Source of the DNA: an uncultured delta proteobacterium | Lineage (GTDB): Bacteria; Desulfobacterota; Binatia; Binatales; Binataceae | Assembly: GCA_963765675.1 (NCBI GenBank) | Contig: CAVXXK010000006.1 | Location: 448,001 to 512,000 of the forward strand | Reading direction: 5' to 3' | Length of the DNA stretch: 64,000 nucleotides | Shown here: one piece after another, positions 59,482 through 64,000 of the stretch | How positions within the stretch are numbered: position 1 is the first letter of the stretch | Layout: every line of letters begins with the position of its first letter | Made by a program: the position numbers and the translations under genes | The notes under the pieces: model-generated | What the model saw: the letters and a program-made list of their open reading frames with translations, nothing else | Told to the model about the DNA's origin: nothing | The model's database searches: none

Positions 59482-60147
59482 ATGAAGCGTGCAACTGCAG
59501 AAGCCCACACCGCCGCAACTCCGATACCGCCGCCGGCGCCCGCGACTCCACCCTCCAAGCGCGAGCGAATCCTCGCCTCGGGCCTGCGCCTGTTCGCCTA
59601 CGAGCCTTACCAGGCCGTCACGATGGACCGGGTCGCCGACGCCGCCGGCGTCGCCAAGGGCACGCTCTACCTCTACTTCCAGTCCAAGGAAGACCTTTAT
59701 CTCGAGATTCTGAGCGACGGCCTCGAGACGATCTCGCGCAACTACGCCTCGACCGTCGATCCCGCCGCGTCGGTGAAGGACCGGCTGCGCCACGCCGTCA
59801 CGCTGACGATCCAGTTCTACAATGAGCGCCGCGACCTGCTGCGCCTCATCTATACCGAGGAGCCGCGGATGGCGCAGGCGCGCAACCGCCTCATCCAGGG
59901 ATGGCGCGATCGCGGCGTGCGCTTTTTCACCACGCTGATCGAGGAAGGGATGCAGACGGGAGCGTTTCGTCCCGGCGATGCGCTGCTCGCGACCCACGCG
60001 GTTCTCGGCGGGATGCGCTCGGTGATGCTCTATTACGAGGCGCGCCGCCCGATCGACGAGATCACCGCCGAGGTCGGCGAGATAGTCATGCACGCGCTCA
60101 GTATCGAGCCTCAATCCAATGGGCGGCGCCCAGGCCATACTCAGTAA
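59482..60147 (+). CDS. TetR/AcrR-family regulator
   Basis: RERILASGLRLF...TMDRVADAAGVAKGTLYLYFQSKEDL. Confidence 0.95.
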   Translation: MKRATAEAHTAATPIPPPAPATPPSKRERILASGLRLFAYEPYQAVTMDRVADAAGVAKGTLYLYFQSKEDLYLEILSDGLETISRNYASTVDPAASVKDRLRHAVTLTIQFYNERRDLLRLIYTEEPRMAQARNRLIQGWRDRGVRFFTTLIEEGMQTGAFRPGDALLATHAVLGGMRSVMLYYEARRPIDEITAEVGEIVMHALSIEPQSNGRRPGHTQ

Positions 60148-60154
60148 GCTCCAC

Positions 60155-61054
60155 ATGATTCGAAAAATTATCCGGCGAATCATCACGCTCGCGATCCTCG
60201 CCGCGCTCGGCTGGGGTTTCTATATTTTCGGCAGCCGCTACCTGTGGCCCGAAGTTGATATGACCAAAATCGCCGCGGTCGGGATGATCGAAGCGCCCGA
60301 GGTCAATATCACCAGCCGCATTCCCGGCCGTATCGCCAAGCTGACGCTGATCGAGGGCGATCAGGTGCACAAAGGCGACGTGGTCTGCGAAATCGAGGAT
60401 ATCGATCTGCGCAACCAGCTTGCGCAGGCGCGCGCGAGCCTCGAGAAGGCGCTGGCCGATCTCGCGCAGGCGCGGCGCGACTCGGCCCGCGACGACAAGC
60501 TCTTCGCCGAGCACATCATCCCCGCCAAGGATCACGACGACGCGAAGACCGCCGTCGATCAGGATCTCGCCGCAGTCTCCAACGCGCGCGCCAACGTCGA
60601 TTTTTACCAGGACCAGCTCCGCGACACCAAAATTCTCGCGCCGGTTGACGGCGTGATCGTCAGCAAGGCGCTCGAAGTCGGCGAATGGGTCACGCCCGGC
60701 ACCCCGATCCTCACCGTCGACGATCTCTCGACCATCTGGGCGCGCGTCGATGTCGAAGAAACCGACTTGGGCTCGCTTTATATCGGCAAGCCGGCGCGCG
60801 TGCGGCTGCCCACCAATCCGCCGCTGGAATTCACCGGCCGCATCATCGCGATCGGACAGGAAGGACAGTTTGCCACCGAGCACGACGTGCGCCGCGGCCG
60901 CCAGGATATCCGCACCTTCTATGTCAAAGTCCAGGTGCTCCAGGGCGGCGGCGATTTGAAGCCCGGCATGACCGCCGAAGTGACGTTTCTACGCAATGAT
61001 GGAACCCGGCTCAGCAGCAATTCAAACCGAAAATCTTACCAAGCGCTTCGGTAG
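60155..61054 (+). CDS. HlyD-family periplasmic adaptor
   Basis: N-terminal TM; ITSRIPGRI...EGDQV; ILAPVDGVI...GEWVTPG; LKPGMTAEV. Confidence 0.9.
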   Translation: MIRKIIRRIITLAILAALGWGFYIFGSRYLWPEVDMTKIAAVGMIEAPEVNITSRIPGRIAKLTLIEGDQVHKGDVVCEIEDIDLRNQLAQARASLEKALADLAQARRDSARDDKLFAEHIIPAKDHDDAKTAVDQDLAAVSNARANVDFYQDQLRDTKILAPVDGVIVSKALEVGEWVTPGTPILTVDDLSTIWARVDVEETDLGSLYIGKPARVRLPTNPPLEFTGRIIAIGQEGQFATEHDVRRGRQDIRTFYVKVQVLQGGGDLKPGMTAEVTFLRNDGTRLSSNSNRKSYQALR

Positions 61055-62006
61055 CTTCACCGCCGTCGAGAGCGTGAGCTTCGAGGTCAGCCGTGGCGAG
61101 GTCTTCGGCTTGCTCGGCCCCAATGGCGCGGGCAAGACCACGCTGGTCAGGATGCTGACGACGCTCATACCGCCCACCAGCGGAAAAGCGATCGTCGCCG
61201 GCGACGACGTCTCGCGTCATCCGCGCCGCGTGCGCCAGAAAATCGGCGTCATCCCGCAGGCGCTCACCTCTGATCTCGATCTCACCGGATGGGAAAATAT
61301 CGACATCTACGGCGCCTTCTACGGCGTCCCGCGCGCGCAGCGTCACACCCGCGCCAAACGCCTGCTCGATATGGTCAAGCTGACCGAGCGCGCGCACGAC
61401 CTCGTCGCGACCTACTCGGGCGGGATGCGCCGGCGGCTCGAAATCGCGCGCGGACTTATCCATTCGCCCGAAGTCCTGTTCCTCGACGAGCCGACGATCG
61501 GACTCGATCCGCAAAGCCGCCGCGCCGTCTGGGATCTCCTGGGCGAGCTGCGCAACGAGAGCGAGATCACCGTCTCGCTGACGACTCACTACATGGACGA
61601 GGCCGAGCAGCTATGCGACCGGATCGCGATCGTCGATCACGGCAAGGTGATCGCGCTCGACACTCCGATCGGGCTCAAGAAGCTCGTCAACGGCGCCGAC
61701 CGCGTCGAGATCGAGGTCGATGGCGACGCGGCGGCGGTCGCGGCTGCGTTGCGTGTCGAGAGCTTCGCGCAGGAGGTGATCGACGACGGCGGCGGCAAGC
61801 TGATTATCGCCACCGACGACGGCGCGCATATAATCCCGCGCCTGATCGATCGCGTTGAAGCGACCGGCTCGCACGTCACCTCGATCAGCGTGCACAAGCT
61901 CTCGCTCGAAGACGTCTTCATCCGCTTCACCGGCCGCACCCTGCGCGACGAAGCCGCCAAGAAAGTCAGCTTCCTCGTCGGAGCCGGGATGCCGCAGCAG
62001 CGTTGA
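60996..62006 (+). CDS. ABC transporter ATP-binding protein (DrrA-like)
   Basis: GPNGAGKT, YSGGMRRRLEIA, FLDEPTIGLDP, TTHYMDEA. Confidence 0.95.
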   Translation: MMEPGSAAIQTENLTKRFGSFTAVESVSFEVSRGEVFGLLGPNGAGKTTLVRMLTTLIPPTSGKAIVAGDDVSRHPRRVRQKIGVIPQALTSDLDLTGWENIDIYGAFYGVPRAQRHTRAKRLLDMVKLTERAHDLVATYSGGMRRRLEIARGLIHSPEVLFLDEPTIGLDPQSRRAVWDLLGELRNESEITVSLTTHYMDEAEQLCDRIAIVDHGKVIALDTPIGLKKLVNGADRVEIEVDGDAAAVAAALRVESFAQEVIDDGGGKLIIATDDGAHIIPRLIDRVEATGSHVTSISVHKLSLEDVFIRFTGRTLRDEAAKKVSFLVGAGMPQQR

Positions 62007-62016
62007 CGCGGTCATC

Positions 62017-63132
62017 ATGAAAACTTTCGCGATCATGCGCCGCGACCTGCTGAAGCTGATGCGCAATCCGCTGACGCTCCTCTCTACCATCCTGATGCCG
62101 ATCATCTACCTCGTGATTATCGGCAACTCGTTCCAGGGCCAGCTAAAGCATCTGCCGGTCGCCGTCGTCGCGCAGGATCACGGCGAATACTCGCGCCGCG
62201 TGGTCGAGCAGATGCTCGCGCTGCAGGCAGGGCCCAAGACCCTCGAGCTGACCTTCATGAGCGATCCCGGCGCCGCGATCGCCGACGTCCGCGACGGCGA
62301 GTTCAAGGGCGCTGTGATTATCCCGCCCAACTTCAGCCACGACGTCGCCGAGGGCCGTATCGCGGAAATCGGCCTGTTCACAGACAACGTCGATTCGGTC
62401 AGCGACGCCACCCTCGAGCAGGTGATGTCCGACGCCGCCGCCGCGGTCAAAATAAATTTCGTCACCGCGCGCGAGCCCAAGCTCAACCAGATCGTGCTCC
62501 GCCCGAGCTGGCTCTTCCAGTACGTCGATTACGACCGCTCGCTGATTCCCGGCGTGATCGTGATGGCGATCTTCATGGGCTCGCTGATGGCGGGGGTCTT
62601 CAACTGGGTGATGGACAAATTCATGGGCGTGACCGAATGCTATCTGGTCACGCCTCTGTCGCGATGGAATATCGCGGCGGGAATTTTAGGCAGCGGCGTG
62701 ACTGTCACCAGTATCGCCGCGATCCTGGTCTTGTTCCTGGGATTACTAATCACGCGCGGAACGATCGCCGGCGGCCTGCCCGCCCTGCTGACGCTGATCG
62801 GAATCATAATAATCAGCTCGACCGGCCTGTTGGCGATGACGTTCTCCCTGCTCGGCCGCGCGGGCCATCCGCGCCTGGTAGGCACCTTCGCCGGTTTCCT
62901 GAACGTGATTCTCTTTTTCCCGAGCGGCGCGATCTATCCGATCGAGAGCTTCCCGCCATGGCTCAAAGCCTTCGCCCGCTACAACCCGGAAACTCATTCG
63001 GTAAGCGCGATCAAATCGATCCTGTTCAAAGGCGCCGACTTCGCCGCCGTAACCAACGACGTAGTGTTTCTCCTAATCTTCATGGGCCTGATGCTCACCC
63101 TCGCCAGCATCTCCTTCAAACGCACCTTGTAA
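62017..63132 (+). CDS. ABC-2 type permease
   Basis: LPVAVV, LIPGVIVM, YLVTPLSR, SGAIYPIESFPPWL...NPETH. Confidence 0.92.
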   Translation: MKTFAIMRRDLLKLMRNPLTLLSTILMPIIYLVIIGNSFQGQLKHLPVAVVAQDHGEYSRRVVEQMLALQAGPKTLELTFMSDPGAAIADVRDGEFKGAVIIPPNFSHDVAEGRIAEIGLFTDNVDSVSDATLEQVMSDAAAAVKINFVTAREPKLNQIVLRPSWLFQYVDYDRSLIPGVIVMAIFMGSLMAGVFNWVMDKFMGVTECYLVTPLSRWNIAAGILGSGVTVTSIAAILVLFLGLLITRGTIAGGLPALLTLIGIIIISSTGLLAMTFSLLGRAGHPRLVGTFAGFLNVILFFPSGAIYPIESFPPWLKAFARYNPETHSVSAIKSILFKGADFAAVTNDVVFLLIFMGLMLTLASISFKRTL

Positions 63133-63153
63133 TATCCGCGAGCACGTATGTCT

Positions 63154-63312
63154 GATCCCTCGCCCTGAAAGGGAGAGGTAAGGTGAGGGTCTGAATTCAG
63201 GCGCGGCGCGAAGCGACGCGCGATTCAAAGGAAAAGAAACTATAGTCGCGCAGTTGCGCGACTCAAGATTAAAGGTCCCTCACCTAACCTCTGCCATAGC
63301 GGGCGAGGGATC
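63154..63312. repeat. MITE/REPIN-like element with 36-bp imperfect terminal inverted repeats
   Basis: GATCCCTCGCCCTGAAAGGGAGAGGTAAGGTGAGGG ... CCCTCACCTAACCTCTGCCATAGCGGGCGAGGGATC; internal hairpin AGTCGCGCA-G-TTGCGCGACT. Confidence 0.8.
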
Positions 63313-63356
63313 AGACGTTGACAACGGCTGTCGCGCGCCCGTGCGATAATGCCGCG

Positions 63357-63569
63357 ATGACAGACGAAAAGCCGACGACGATCGAAAATGTCGGACAACT
63401 GCACGCCGTCCGATGCGAATGGTGCAACCTCAAGATGGCCTGCAACTGCTTCTTCGACAAAACCGGCGACCCAACCGAACACGCGCATCCGCTGGTGATG
63501 TGCCCAAAGTGCCAGGTAACCGAGTTCCTGAATTTGCTCTTCGGCCGCGACCGGCACGACCGATCTTGA
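63357..63569 (+). CDS. Small Cys-rich (zinc-finger-like) protein, 70 aa
   Basis: CEWC...CNC...HAH...CPKC; extended -10 TGCGATAAT 6 nt before the ATG. Confidence 0.65.
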   Translation: MTDEKPTTIENVGQLHAVRCEWCNLKMACNCFFDKTGDPTEHAHPLVMCPKCQVTEFLNLLFGRDRHDRS

Positions 63570-63804
63570 AGGGTCCCGAGCACGTGCGCCGCGCTCCTCG
63601 TGTCACATCCTTCCCGTTCTGATAACGCTTCGCGTCGGCCGACGAGCCGTCGGCCACCACTGGCAAGAATAAGAAAAAGAATCAGTGGGGGCGGACGGCC
63701 CGTCCGGCCGCGATTCCGCATCTCACAAGCTGCTGTGGAGTCGCCGTTCGCGTCGAGGCATGGTTCCCCTTCCCCCAGAGTCGCGCGAAGCGCGTACAGA
63801 ACAA

Positions 63805-63852
63805 CCCTCTCCCCCTCGGGAGAGGGAGGCGCGCGTAGCGCGCGGGTGAGGG
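63805..63852. repeat. CCCTCTCCC...GGGAGAGGG REP-like unit
   Basis: CCCTCTCCCCCTCGGGAGAGGGAGGCGCGTAGCGCGCGGGTGAGGG. Confidence 0.7.
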
Positions 63853-64000
63853 TGCTGCTCCGAGGGGTCAGGTTAGGTCGCTCTTCTACTTCCCTTTGTA
63901 ATCGACAAACAACTCCGGAAACTGCTGCTCCAATGCCGCAATCTTCGGCAGGTCGCATACCTGGATATACGGATTTCCCGGATTCTTAAGCGCGTAGTCC

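Overview
GC-rich bacterial chromosomal window, mostly housekeeping and catabolic genes. Gene style suggests Candidatus Binatota or a Deltaproteobacteria-like soil lineage (inference only). It contains phosphoketolase (partial), USP, an OprB-type porin, uvrB, a second UvrA-family ATPase, an acyl-CoA dehydrogenase pair, pgeF, RluA, TolC, a CoA transferase, comF-purM-purN-grxC, glpK, gshA-gspC-GNAT, dacA, lptB, an MPG glycosylase, an F420-type LLM oxidoreductase with a thiolase, acetolactate decarboxylase and a TetR-HlyD-ABC efflux operon. Two tRNA-Arg genes (CCG and TCG) each have small accessory cargo beside their 3' ends. No CRISPR array, rRNA, transposase or integrase was seen. The best leads are: (1) a tRNA-anchored AbiTii plus Zn-ribbon/DUF4145 (HEPN-like) two-gene candidate defence module; (2) a tandem pair of modular secreted His/Trp/Asn-rich proteins; (3) an unannotated 58-aa basic ORF resembling the ArfA core; (4) an RHH-like domain fused to acetolactate decarboxylase; (5) three families of REP/MITE-like palindromes, one nested inside itself. 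All family assignments come from motif recognition by eye, without database searches.
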